Assembly: GCF_018350175.1 (NCBI RefSeq)
Contig: NC_058368.1
Coordinates: forward strand, 3,906,001-3,970,000
DNA: 64,000 nucleotides
Direction of reading: 5' to 3'
Origin: Felis catus
Taxonomy: Eukaryota
A program made the position numbers and the translations under genes. Below are positions 39,648-52,365 of the stretch, one piece after another. The notes under the pieces are model-generated. The model was not told the DNA's origin. It made no database searches and was given only the letters and a program-made list of their open reading frames with translations. Position 1 is the first letter of the stretch; each line of letters starts with the position of its first letter.

Positions 39648-41990
39648 TTCCATTTGCAGAAGGTATGACTTTTTATGTAGAAAATCTTCTAAGGATTCAA
39701 CCAAAAAAGCTGCTGGAACTAAGCAGCAATTTCAGTAAAGTTTCAAGATGTAAAATCAACATACAGAAATCAGTTGCATCTCTATACACTGACGATAAAA
39801 CATCTGAAAAAGACGTAGAGAAAACCGTCCCATTCACAATAGCATCAAAAACAATAAAATATTTTGTTATGAATAAATTTAGCCAAGGAAGTAAATGATC
39901 TGTACAATGCAAGTTACAAGACTTTGTTGAAGACTGAAGAAGACACAAACCAATGGAAAGACATCCCATATTCATGAATCAAAAGAATCAGTAATGTGGA
40001 GAAGTCTATACTATCCAAATCCATCTGTAGATTCAACAGCATTCCCACCAGTATGCCAATGGTATTCTTCACAGAAATACAAAAAAACAGTCCTAAAACT
40101 TGGAACCACAAAAGACCCCTAATAGCCAAAGCAATCCTGAGGGGGGCGGGGCAGAGGGACTAGAGGTATCACATTTCCTGATTAAAAACTGTACTACAAA
40201 GCTATAGTAATAAAAACAGTATGGTACTGGCATAAAAATAGACCTATAGACCAATGGAATAGATTGAGAGCCCAGAATTAACCCTCAATTAATATGCCCT
40301 CAATTAATATTCAGCAAGGGAGCCAAGAACACCCAATGGGGAAAGGATAGTCCCCTCAACAAATGGTGTTGGGAAAACTGGATAAACATGTACAAAACAA
40401 TGAATTTGATCTCTGTCTTACACCTCTTACAAAATCTAACTCAAAATGGATCCAAGACTTGAACATCAGATGTGGTGCCCTAAACCTCCTTGGAGAAAAC
40501 TTAGACAAGATGCTCCTCGACATTGGTCTTGGCAAAGATTGTTTGGATGTGACACCAAAAGCACAAACAGACAAAAGAAAAACTCAACAGGAGGGACCGT
40601 ACAAAGCTGAAAGCTTCTGCACAGCAAAATAAAATATTAACAAAATGAAAAGGCAACATACAGAATGGGAGAAATTTTTGCAAACCGTATATCGGAGGAG
40701 GGGTTCATATCTGAAATATATAAGAACTCAATGATAAAACGTTCAAGTGCATAACTCCTACAAATCAATAAGAGCAAGAGCAACAAAAAAAACTCACACA
40801 ACTCAAAAACAAACAAACAAAAAAAGATTTTAAAATGGGCAAAGAAACTCAATAGACATTTTTCCAAGAAGACATTCAAATGTCCAACAGGTACGCGAAA
40901 AAATGATCAACGTAAATACTCATCAGGGAAATGCAAATCAAAACTATAATGCAATATCACGTCATACCTGTTAGAATGGCTCTCATCAAGAAAATAAGAG
41001 ATAACACATATCGGTGAGGATGTGGAGAAAAGGGAGTACGCTGTGGGTGGGAATGGAAATTGTCGAAAACAGTATGGAGGGTCCTCAAAAAACTCAACAT
41101 GTATCTATATGATGCAGCAATCCTCCTTCTGGGTATACACCCTAAGGAAATGAAAGGAGGACATTGAAGACATGAAGGCACTCCCATATTCACTGCAGCA
41201 GTATTCACAGTAGCCAAGATACAGAAACAACTTAAGTGCCCGTCAACAGGTGAATGGATAAAGAGGATGCGGCGTGTACATACAATAGGGTATTATTCAG
41301 TCATGAGAAAGGACATCCTGCCGTTTGCAACAACACAGACCTTGAACACATTATGCTAAGTGAGATAAGACAGAGGAAAACAACTGTCTGATGTCCTATG
41401 TGGAGTCTAAAAAAAATCAAAACTCATAAAAACCAAGAATAAAACCATAGTTGCCAGGGGATGGGGGAGAGGACAGATGTTGTGTAAGTGTACCAACTTG
41501 CAACAAGTAGTAAATAAACCCCAGAGTCTCATGCAGACTGGAATGAGCATAGAAAACATTATTGTGGGGGCGCCTGGGTGGCGCAGTCGGTTAAGCGTCC
41601 GACTTCGGCCAGGTCACGATCTCGCGGTCCGTGAGTTCGAGCCCCGCGTCGGGCTCTGGGCTGATGGCTCAGAGCCTGGAGCCTGTTTCCGATTCTGTGT
41701 CTCCCTCTCTCTCTGCCCCTCCCCCGTTCATGCTCTGTCTCTCTCTGTCCCAAAAATAAATAAACGTTGAAAAGAAAAATTAAAAAAAAAAAAAAAAGAA
41801 AACATTATTGTGTTTAATCATCGAAACTGCTAAGAGACTAGAACTTGGTTATCACAGTCACTAAAAAGAAAGGACGACTAGGTAACATGATAGAGATGCT
41901 AATTATCCCTACAATGACAGTCATCTTACAATATATAAATGTATCAAATTAAGATGTTTTACCATTACATTTACACAATGTTCTGTGTTA
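39648..41990 (+). mobile_element. 5'-truncated older L1 (RT domain to 3'UTR)
   Basis: FAE.MTFYVEN...KKLLEL..FSKVS..KINIQKSVA homology; 3'UTR; interrupted by a SINE. Confidence 0.9.
41567..41796 (+). mobile_element. Very young SINEC_Fc nested in L1, 16-bp perfect TSD
   Basis: TSD AGAAAACATTATTGTG at 41551-41566 and 41797-41812; CpGs intact; long A tail. Confidence 0.96.
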
Positions 41991-43054
41991 AGCGATTTCC
42001 ATTTAGGCTCTAGTCAGCTGGGGAACTGAAGAATTGTTTTTAAATCAGATTTATGGAGGAGATTAAATAATTTCATGAACTCGGTTTGAAATTGATCACG
42101 GCCTTTAAACAGTCTTATTTTTTCCCCCTAAAAATAGAATTGGTCACCAAGTGACCAAAGTTAGCATGCCCTTTTGTTAACCCAGTTATAGAACATATTA
42201 CTGGAGCAGCATCAAAAGTTCATCTCAAAAAAATGTTTTATTAGGCTATTGCCAGAACTGACTTCTGGCAAAAAATCTACTTTGATTCCTTGGCAGTGAT
42301 CTGCTTGGCTGGGCCCATTCCCCAACATTTAGTAAGAAAAACAGGGTCCTATAATGGTATCCAATTTCCCTTGAGGACAGCAAGATTCAGTGATAAGCCA
42401 GTTCAGTTTCTTTGCACCTGTTGTGGCTAAGCAGGATTACATGAAGTCAGAAGTGATGGTGGAGAAACACTGCAGTCACTCACAAAGCCACTGAGGATCT
42501 GGAGAATAAGATTTCAACAACTGAAAAAGTGGACGTAAACAAAGGTGATAAGTCCAGGTCCCTTAAAAAGACATGAAGACAGATTATCTACAAGATGCTA
42601 ATAGATCACCATATCCTTTAAGAACATAACCAAAGATCTCCAAACGCTTGGTAATGAAGCTCTGTGGACGTCGGATAACCTGGCCCATCAGTTGACGATC
42701 TTTCAGCTGAAAAGAACAAAAGACCCAATTAAATCTGGGTTAAGTGATAAGGACATGTATTATCTTACATGAGAAGTCTGCAGGTTGATTAATTCAGTGG
42801 TCCAATAATTTCTGCTCCCGCTTTGCTTCTCTTAGATGTGTTGATATTCCCCTTTTAATCACAGAATGATTCCATCAGTGCTAAACATCACTTCCCTGTG
42901 CAATGACTTCTCTAAACTGTAGGAAGTTGATGACCTCTTTAAATTACCCTTCCAACCTAAATCCTCATATTAAATGACTTACGTTTCTCTTGAAAGTGGC
43001 ATTTAGCTGAAATTTATTTTTTTAACCCATTTGAATAGACCTTGTGTTTTTTTT

Positions 43055-43268
43055 TGGGGGGGGGAGGGGGGTTATTTTTATTTTTGCTTTAGAGAGAGAG
43101 AACGAGCACCTAAGCAGGGGAGGGGGCAGAGGGACAGAGAAAGAGAATCCCAAGCAGGCTTCATGCTCAGTGCGGAGCCCGACTCAGGGCTCAGTCAGGA
43201 CCCTGGGATCAAAAACTCAGCCAAAATCAAGAGTTGGACACTCAACCAACTGAGCCACCCAGAAGACC
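43055..43268 (-). mobile_element. SINEC
   Basis: Antisense copy ending caactgagccacccagaagaccc. Confidence 0.88.
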
Positions 43269-43311
43269 CTAGACTTTGGTCTTTAATGAGGAGTTTTAAA
43301 CATTTACATTT

Positions 43312-43527
43312 TGCGGCACCTGCGTGGCTCAGTCAGTTGGGCGTCCGACTTCGGCTCAGGTCATGATCTCGTGGTTTGTGAGTTCGAGCCCCATGTCAGA
43401 CTCTGTGCTGACAGCTTGGAGCCTGGAGCTTGCTTCAGATTCTGTGTCTCCCTTTCTCTCTGCCCCTCCTCACTCATACTTTGTCTCTTAATGATAAATA
43501 ACGTTAAAAATTTTTTAAAAATAAATA
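43312..43527 (+). mobile_element. SINEC_Fc with 14-bp TSD
   Basis: TSD AAACATTTACATTT at 43298-43311 and 43528-43541. Confidence 0.92.
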
Positions 43528-43535
43528 AAACATTT

Positions 43536-43754
43536 ACATTTGTTTTGATAACTGTTCTATTTGGGGTTATCTGTGTGATATTATTTCATGATTTTTATAT
43601 TTTAATCAACATTTGTTTGGATAACTGTTCTATTTGGGTGTATCTGTGTGATATTATTTCATGATTTTTATATTTTAGTCAACATTTGTTTGGATAACTG
43701 TTCTATTTGGGCATATCTGTGTGATATTATTTCATGATTTTTATATTTTAATCA
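43536..43754. repeat. Minisatellite, 3 x 73 bp
   Basis: Units start at 43536, 43609 and 43682: acatttgtttKgataactgttctatttggg..tatctgtgtgatattatttcatgatttttatatttta.tca. Confidence 0.95.
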
Positions 43755-43779
43755 TATGGAATTTCAGTCTGAAACAAGC

Positions 43780-44700
43780 CTGGTGTAAGGGGAGATACAG
43801 AGAAACCAGTTCATGCAAGTACTTGTTGGCCATTATAAGGACTTTGGATTTGTTTTTAATGCAGTGGAAAGACATTGAATTGTTTCAAATGGTGCTTTTT
43901 GATCTATACATTTTAAGATCAATATAACCTATTACAAGGGAAAATAGATTATTTGGAGGAAAGAGAGGAAACAGACCATTTAGGAGGATGTCAACTGTAC
44001 AGGCAGTAGATGCTGGTGACCTGGCTAGGTGGCAGCATTGGCCACTGAAGGACACTAATGACTCCAAATTAAGAACTGACATACAAAGACGTGCCAATAG
44101 ATCAAACGGGTGGCAGATATTAAGAGAGGGAATCAAAGATCAAAGGATTATATTTGTTTCTGGATGATGGCATTATTCTCTAGATACTGGAGAAGACTGA
44201 GGAGGAAAATACATTTTCAAAACAAAGACTAGACAATTAATGTTTTAGATGCATAAATGTATGATATGTCTGAAACAGCCAAATGGATATGCCAAGTCAG
44301 CTCTTGGATATGTGAGCTATTTAGTGCTCAGAGTTCAAGTCTTGACCAGAGATAGAAATGAGGGCATCATCAGCCAAGTGAGTTCTGAGAGATACCAACA
44401 TTAGGGTCTGCCAGATAAAGGAAGCATAGCCAGCAAAGGACAGTGTGAAAAGGCAGAGCGTGTGGCGGGAGAAACGTCACGGGAGCCATTTTCTCGATGC
44501 CAAGAGAGACTGTGTTCCCAGAATTTGGGTCGAGGAAAGATGAGGATGGAAACTGTCATTGAATATGTCATCATGGAGGTCATTATTATCTTACCAAGCA
44601 TTTTCTTTGGCAAACGGCCGTTCACACTGGTGGCAGGATAGAATGGACCGGAGGCAGTAGAGGCACCATGTGGAAGTCTGGCTATGAAGCCAGTGGAAAT
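43780..44700 (-). mobile_element. L2 fragments
   Basis: ggccattataaggactttggatt...gcagtggaaagacattga; ttggatatgtgagc; boundaries approximate. Confidence 0.6.
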
Positions 44701-45203
44701 CTTTCTTGTTTTTGCACCACTTGTAAAGCTCATTTCAGTCCATAAATACTCAGTGCACATGTGGAATCAATCTTAGTAAATAGTTATAAAAACCTAACTG
44801 GTGTCTAGGCATATATCATCCGCTGTTCGGGCAGTAGTATTCTTACTGAAATACGTCTGTATTTCTGAACCGAAGGAACCTACAGTAGCCACGGGTAGGG
44901 AAGGATGGGGCAGCCTAGAGCAATTTCCCCGTCAGTGTTGGGTTATGTCCATGAACTCCAGAGTGTGGGTTCTGTGAACTCTTCACCACCATTCCAACTC
45001 CTCTTATACCACAGTCTTACTACAGATCTTCATATGAATATCCATTCATCATAAATTATTCTGTGTTCCAGGAGAGAAAGATGGAGTCATCCAAACTATT
45101 GACATTTTATAGTGGAAATGACCAGACCATTTACTACATCTAATCTTAGTGATACATTCTTTTAAAAAAAAAAAAAAGTTAGCGTTGTAAGACTAGGCTT
45201 TTT

Positions 45204-45419
45204 TTTATAAAATTTTTGTTAATGTTTATTCATTTTTGAGAGAGAGACAGAGCATGAATGGGGGAAGGTCAGAGAGCGAGGGAGACACAGAATCTGAAAC
45301 AGGCTCCAGGCTCTGAGCGGTCAGCACAGAGCCCGACACGGGGCTCGAACTCATGGACCGCGAGATCATGACCTGAGCCGAAGTTGGACGCCCAACCGAC
45401 TGAGCCACCCAGGTGCCCC
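45204..45419 (-). mobile_element. SINEC_Fc with 15-bp TSD
   Basis: TSD AAGACTAGGCTTTTT at 45189-45203 and 45420-45434. Confidence 0.94.
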
Positions 45420-46168
45420 AAGACTAGGCTTTTTAAATTACTATGCTTCCCTTACACAAATGGTTATACAGGATCATACTCTACAGAGTTATTTAAATGC
45501 ATTGTTTATATAATGATATTTTATAGTGGAACTTTTTTTCCCAGTTTAAATTAGATTATATGACCCTAAATAATATGTCCTATTTTCCACAAGAAACAGA
45601 CGTTACACCAATGATATATTTTTATATCATCTTGGTTGGGAATACTTCATATGAATGCATATATAAGGGAAACATAGTTACACTGAAAATTAACAGAGAT
45701 TTACTGAGAGTTACTTTACGAAACCATTTACAAAACATCTAGTGTAATGTATGCAAATAGGTCCTGAGGAATATTACTTTGAAGCCAAATAGTAATAACG
45801 GAAGTAAGGTCATATAATTTGTGCATCGACAATTTCAATGATGGAGAAAGTAAAGATAATACATATCAGTTGATAGGCTTTATGCCTGCCTTGTACTTAT
45901 GTCCATTACAATAACCACACATCATTGTAATATGACTAATTGGTTATATTAGAAAGTAATTGTTATACCCTTAAAGACTAATTGCCGAGTTGTAGTTCCT
46001 TGTAAGAGAGTGCCCTCTGAGAATAATTTCAGCTCACTGGAAAAGTTAACAGTCTATACTGTTCCTGTATATTAGTTGCAGTTTCTTGTTTCCATCTGCA
46101 CAGATTCAGCAACAAGATCAAAGTCCACTTGTGCTTTAGTATATAAACTAAATGTTTCATTTCCTTGA

Positions 46169-46291
<123 letters not shown>

Positions 46292-46499
46292 TAAGAATTC
46301 TGTTCACATTTAAACTCTTTTATGGAAGGCACCTGGATATGTGCTGGAATAATATTTTAGCCGTTATTACCAGCATCTGCCTTATTCCGTTCACCGTCTT
46401 TATTCTCATCATGTTCCACTTACCAGCTAGTGACAACTTACTAAAATCCAAGGACACTAAAAAGTGCTACAGATTCCCTATGCTTAATCTGCCCCCAAC

Positions 46500-46790
46500 A
46501 GAAAACTTACCACCTTAACCACTTTTTAAGTGTGGAGTTCGAAAGTATTAAGTACATTCGCACTGTTGTACCGTCACCACCACCCATCTCCAGAATTCTT
46601 TTCATTTCGCAAAACTGATACTCTGTGGCGGGTAAACTCCTCCCTATTCTCACCCGCCACCAACCCTGGAAACCACCATCCCGCTTTCTGTCTCCATGAA
46701 TTTTATGACTCTAGGCACCTCATGCAAGTGGAATCATACAGTATTTGTACTTTGTGACCGGCCCTTTCACTTAGGATAACGTCCTCAACA
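46500..46790 (-). mobile_element. L1M 3'-end fragment
   Basis: accaccttaaccactttttaagtgt...ctttctgtctccatgaatttt...gtggaatcatacagtatttg. Confidence 0.75.
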
Positions 46791-46958
46791 ATGTGTATCT
46801 TTACCTAATGTCAGAAGATATACAGTCACCCAGTTCCAGATGCAAAGGGATTCTTCATACAGGGTCTCCGTGTGCCTATGTGCATTTCACTTTATCACTG
46901 CACTACCGATGACATTTATTCCAATATTATATTTGTATTTTATAACAAATCAAAGCAC

Positions 46959-47170
46959 TTTTATTTTTAAAGTTTATTTATTTTGAGAGAGAGAGAGCGT
47001 GCACACACGAGCAGGGGAGGGGCAGAGAGAGGGAAAGACAAAATCCCAAGCAGGCTCCATGATGCCAGCGTAGAGCCCAATGCGGGGCTTGAACTCATGA
47101 ACAGGAGATCATGACCTGAGCCGAGGTCAAGATTCAGATGTTTAACCTACTGAGCCACCCAGGCACCCCC
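46959..47170 (-). mobile_element. SINEC
   Basis: Antisense copy ending tgagccacccaggcaccccc. Confidence 0.9.
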
Positions 47171-47227
47171 AAATACTATTTTTTAAAACAAATGTCTAAA
47201 GTCTAAGGCATCACTCAAAATTATATT

Positions 47228-48879
47228 CAAATATATCTCTGAAATACACACGTGTAAATATCACAAATTTAAATTTTGATATTTGCTCAAATGATAGTCA
47301 TAGAAGGGTGACAATTACTATTTAAGTAAAAAGGTAATTAATTTGTAATTAAACTAGATTTGCATTTCTTATAGCAAAATCATTTGAACTTGAAATAAAG
47401 GCAGAACAATTAACATCTAATATATTATGTATCATAGAAGAAATAAAGTCAGTCCCGGCTTTACACCAAGAAGCCTTGTGACCTTGGCCAAACTAACCTT
47501 TTGAAACTATTTTTTCTCATTTATAAAATGCTGGTAGTAATACATATCTCAAAGGATTCTGGGAAAGATTTAATAAGCCGTTAGGTAAAGAGTATTTTGT
47601 AAACTGGAAGTTGAAGACACATAATCATTTTTATTATCAGTATTATACCAAGTGAATAATCACACTAAATGGAATAAAAGGAAATTAAGCATTTCTCTTA
47701 TTTTTAATGCCTAATTAAATATTAGTCAAAAGCAAGTGAGAGTTTAATTTATCTTACCCACTTAGAGAACATTTGCAGCATGAAAATAAATTGTGACTCT
47801 AATTACGTTAGAGAACAATTTCATTAATTTTGATAAAGGGTCATAAGATCAATATTACAGAATTATTATAGTTAGGAAAGAAGAACATTTTACTTTTCTA
47901 GGATACAAAAGTGATGCAATATCTTTAAAACATAATCCCATTAAAACCATTTTGAAATTATAAAATCGTACAAATTGTAGAGATACCAAACTCCTTTTTG
48001 AACTAAATGTCACTGTTTTAAAAGATACAGCGCTTGAAATTAAACCATTCATCCTATGTTGTCCATCAGGATATAAATCTGCCTGTTCTACAGCAGACCC
48101 TTGCTAAAAAAAGAAATGGCAGACAAGTATCGTCTTGCTTTCTGAAACGTGACATACTGCGGGACGTCACATAACCCAGGCATTATAACCAAATTGACTG
48201 AGGAAATAATGAACTTGTAAGAATTCCTGGAGGAATGGGGTGAAGCTGGAAGGTATCAGCTAACATGTCCTGAATGTCACGCATCTGTGTTCCATGCTGT
48301 CTCAAAGTTTATCTCATTTAATCATCAACTCGACCCTAAAAATTATCAGCTTCATCCCCATTTTATAAAACAGAAAGACTGAGATCAAGACAGTAGCGTG
48401 TTCTAATAAGCAAAGATTAAAGAGTGTCCAAAAGATCATCCAAATTCAGCTCTGACCCAAAGCCCACGTGCATTGACTGTATTGTCTCCACCAGCTAAGT
48501 GGACCCCTGAGTGGTTTATCCTTTGATTTACAGCCAGACTCCACTAATCCATTATATGATAGTCATATTTTCTTCTGTAAATCCTTACTATAAACCTTCT
48601 CCCACTTTTTCTTTCTGAGTCCAGTACCATTACTATTCTTGGCCCAAGTACAGTGAAAATGATTCTAGAATATCCTGAAAGGAAAGAATGTGGATTTTGT
48701 AGGGTTGAGATCATAATGCATTTGCAAATATATCTCTGAAATATACATGTGTAAATATCACAAATTTAAATTTTGATATTTGCTCAAATGATAGTCATAG
48801 AAGGGTGACAATTACTATTTAAGAAAAAAGGTAATTAATTTGTATTTAAACTAGATTTGCATTTCTTATAGCAAAATCA
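47228..48879. repeat. Dispersed direct repeat, 155 bp x 2 (47228-47382 and 48725-48879)
   Basis: Ungapped alignment by eye with 4 mismatches; offset 1497 bp. Confidence 0.95.
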
Positions 48880-48961
48880 GTCACAAGGACAATATGAACT
48901 CTGACATGCTGCCTTCATTTTGACTTGCTGTTCATTCATGTGATGTAATTCATTGTTTTTT

Positions 48962-49173
48962 ATTTTTTTTAACATTTATTTATTCTTGAGACAGAGAGAG
49001 ACAGAGCATGAATGGGGGAGGGGCAGAGAAAGAGGGAGACACAGAATCCGAAGCAGGCTCCAGGCTCTGAGCAGTCAGCACAGAGCCCGACGCGGGGCTC
49101 GAACTCACGGACCGCGAGATCGTGACCTGAGCCGAAGTCGGACGCTCAACCGACCGAGCCACCCAGGCGCCCC
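48962..49173 (-). mobile_element. Young SINEC_Fc with 15-bp TSD
   Basis: TSD AATTCATTGTTTTTT at 48947-48961 and 49176-49190. Confidence 0.95.
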
Positions 49174-49662
49174 AGAATTCATTGTTTTTTTAAAAAATTG
49201 AGCAAAAATGTACCAGACGTGTTTTTGTGCCAGGGTAGATGCTAGTTCTGCACTGATAAAAGGCATGGATCCTGCTCTTCATGATTTTAAAGTCTGTTGG
49301 GAAGTGAAATAGGCAAACAAGTTAGAACAGTATAGTTCCTTGCTCTGATGAAAGTCCAAAATATAGTGAGGGCATAGGAGAAAAAGCTCAAAATCCTCCC
49401 GGGGTTAGCTGAGATGACGTCACAGGGAAGGAAGCATTTGAACTAAAACTTAAGGAATCGGGAAACATTAACATCACAGGGTAAACTCTGCAACCCAATA
49501 GGGATGTGATGGCAGTTGACTAAGTGACTATTTGTAAATTGCCGGAAACAATGCCTAGCACCTGGCCAGTAATACAGGTGTGTCTTCATTAGGTAAAGTA
49601 AAAGGAGAGGACGGGGAAACATTTGCTCCTGTTTCAAACACTTGTAAATACGAGTTTACTTC

Positions 49663-49705
<43 letters not shown>

Positions 49706-49708
49706 ATA
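49663..49708. repeat. (TAAA)11 microsatellite
   Basis: Perfect tetranucleotide run. Confidence 0.96.
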
Positions 49709-50402
49709 GTAAGGCAAGGAAGGGGAGAGGGAGGGAGGAAGGAAATAAATACTTTTAAATATATATTGTAGACTTATAAACATTGTTCAGCTAGAAAGCG
49801 AGACAAGCTCATCCTTAGGTCTCAGTAACAAAGAGGAAATTCATTGTCAGAGCTGAGCTAATGTACTGCTAGAGAATCAGGATCCCGTAGAGATGGGGGG
49901 CGGGACCTTAATGTATTATGGGACGGGATGCCAAGCCACAGCCTAGTGTGTGTGAAATGCTCAGGCTGAGACGCCCTGTACACCCTGGTCTCCCAGAGAA
50001 GTTATTGTAGAAAATTTGCCTGGTAGTCTAAAGATGCTGCGACTTGGGCCCTGGGTTGGGTGACCCAAAAGAAATCAGGAACTACAGGCCTTTGCTTGGC
50101 CAAGACAGGAGGACTATATCCACACTACCTCATAAGATCTCAGAGCTGGAAAATTAATGTTAACAACTGCACTGAAGTCCAACTACTTTGAAGAAAGTAT
50201 CCCGTTACCCATGACATAAAAACACCTATGGAAGACAGACAGTCATTGCTGAAGATGCGTTTACTACAATAATAATAATAATGCAAAGACATAGAATTAG
50301 CAGCCTCTACAAGTTACCCCCTGAAACTCTAAGTAAGAGAGCAAAGTGAGAGATTTTTAAAAGATATGAATAAAAGGCTCAAAGAGAAAAAAAATGTATT
50401 CT

Positions 50403-50596
50403 TTAAAAAAAATTTTTTTTAATGTTTATTTTTAGTTTTGAGAGAACAGACGGGGGAGGTCAGAGAGAGAGGGAGACAGGATCTGAAGGGGGCTCCGTGC
50501 TGAGAGCGGAGAGCCCATCAGGGGAATTCACAAACCACAAGATCATGACCTGAGCCCAAGTCGGATGCCACACTGACTGAGCCACCCAGGTGCCCG
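50403..50596 (-). mobile_element. SINEC
   Basis: Antisense copy ending gagccacccaggtgccc. Confidence 0.88.
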
Positions 50597-50714
50597 CAAA
50601 GAGAACAAAATTTTGAATACAAGGTTAGGCAATGTCACAGTCGTATGAAAATGGCAGATTTGAAAAATAACAGAATAGAAATTCGAGAAGTGAGCGATCA
50701 GGTAATTAAACTCC

Positions 50715-51000
50715 GTGTCACCCAGCAGTTGGTTCCTCATCTCATTCTGCAATAAAAGAAATCAGGATTCCTTGAAGAAATGGCTCATTCTAGGACGGGG
50801 GCAGCGAATGTAGAAGATGAATTTGGAACATTTTGCAGTGCCAGTGAATAAGCTGTGCTCAAAAATCAAAACAGCGAGGGTACATCAAGAAGACCCAGGA
50901 GCCAAATGAACGAGCTCCCAGTCGAAGGACTCCCAGTCACAGCTGGACAATTTAAGCAAAAAAAAAAAATCTTAGCATATTGAATTGTAACCCAAAGGAG
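50715..51000 (+). mobile_element. L1MC-like 3'-end fragment
   Basis: cattctgcaataaaagaaatcaggattccttgaagaaatggctcattctaggac...gccagtgaataag. Confidence 0.55.
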
Positions 51001-51107
51001 GTCAATATAGAATCTTCGTGATTTTTAGTTTCCATCAAATACACTGTAAAGTGATGAGTGTTATTTCAAAATGATGGTGTGTATAATATGCAGAAATGAT
51101 ATCTTTT

Positions 51108-51385
51108 TTTTAAAATTTTTTTTCAACTTTTATTTATTTTTGGGACAGAGAGAGAGAGAGCATGAACCGGGGATGGGCAGAGAGAGAGGGAGACACAGAA
51201 TCGGAAGCAGGCTCCAGGCTCTGAGCCATCAGCCCAGAGCCCGACGTGGGGCTCGAACTCACGGACCGTGAGATCGTGACCTGGCTGAAGTCGGACGCTT
51301 AACCGACTGCGCCACCCATGCGCCCCTTTTTTTTTTTAATTTTTTTTTCAACTTTTATTTATTTTTGGGACAGAGAGAGAGAGCA
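51108..51385 (-). mobile_element. Young SINEC_Fc with an extra copy of its own 3' end inside one TSD pair
   Basis: TSD AGAAATGATATCTTTT at 51092-51107 and 51386-51401; full SINE to 51326; duplicate 3' end at 51327-51385. Confidence 0.94.
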
Positions 51386-51864
51386 AGAAATGATATCTTT
51401 TGTAAATACTTAAACTTACGAAAAACACAATGTTAACTTAAAACTATGTACCGGGTGCGTAGCTTTTCAGATATCTTTTAGGACGGAGAGCCCTGCTCTG
51501 AGTTGTCTATTCTACCAAGTTTTACAAAGCGTGGGTTTGGGATGTGAACATACGGAACTTTGCCAAACCTGGCCAGTGTGCCTCTCAAAGTGCCTGATCC
51601 GGTTTGTTGCTCCGCGAGCAGTGTAAGGGTCTGTCTTTCCTCACCTTTTTACCTGTATTTTGCACTGTCAGACTTGATGATCTGTTTCATGTTATCTTGT
51701 GTTATTTTACTTTTCATTTCCCTAGGGACTAGTGTGGTTCAGCATCTTTCACATTTTTATTTTGTTATTTAAATACTCAGCCTTCTCTTCAGATCTTATA
51801 AATCGTTCCCTTTTTATTTAAGGCTGCTTCTCCTGGAACTGCCTTCCATCTCCTTTGCTTCTTT

Positions 51865-52090
51865 TTTTTTTTAAATTATTTTTTTTTTCAACGTTTATTT
51901 ATTTTCGGGACAGAGAGAGACAGAGCATGAACGGGCGAGGGGCAGAGAGAGGGGGAGACACAGAATCGGAAACAGGCTCCAGGCTCTGAGCCATCAGCCC
52001 AGAGCCCGACGCGGGGCTCGAACTCACAGACCGCGAGATCATGACCTGGCTGAAGTCGGACGCTTAACCGACTGCGCCACCCAGGCGCCC
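51865..52090 (-). mobile_element. Very young SINEC_Fc with 15-bp TSD
   Basis: TSD CTCCTTTGCTTCTTT at 51850-51864 and 52091-52105. Confidence 0.96.
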
Positions 52091-52132
52091 CTCCTTTGCT
52101 TCTTTAATGACTCTTTAAAGTGGATTTGTAGA

Positions 52133-52365
52133 GGGGCGCCTGGGTGTCTCAGTCAGTTAAGCGTCCGACTTCGGCTCAGGTCATGATCTCGTAGTTCGTG
52201 AGTTTGAGCCCCGCATTGGGCTCTGTGCTGAGAGCTCAGAGTCTGGAGCCTGCTTGGGATTCTGTGTCTCCCTCCCTCCCTCTCTCTCTCTCTGCCCCTC
52301 CCCTGCTCGTGCTCCGTCTCCGTCTCTGTCTCTCTCTCTCAAAATAAACATTAAAACAAAATTTT
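52133..52365 (+). mobile_element. SINEC_Fc with 13-bp TSD
   Basis: TSD AGTGGATTTGTAG at 52119-52131 and 52366-52378. Confidence 0.94.

Noticed and set aside
43536..43754. Repeat array as a possible CRISPR-like structure
   Set aside because: Units are contiguous with no unique spacers, the context is mammalian and there are no cas genes.
47228..48879. 155-bp direct repeats as the LTRs of a small retroelement
   Set aside because: No TG start, no TSD, no PBS or PPT, and the interior is ordinary intron.
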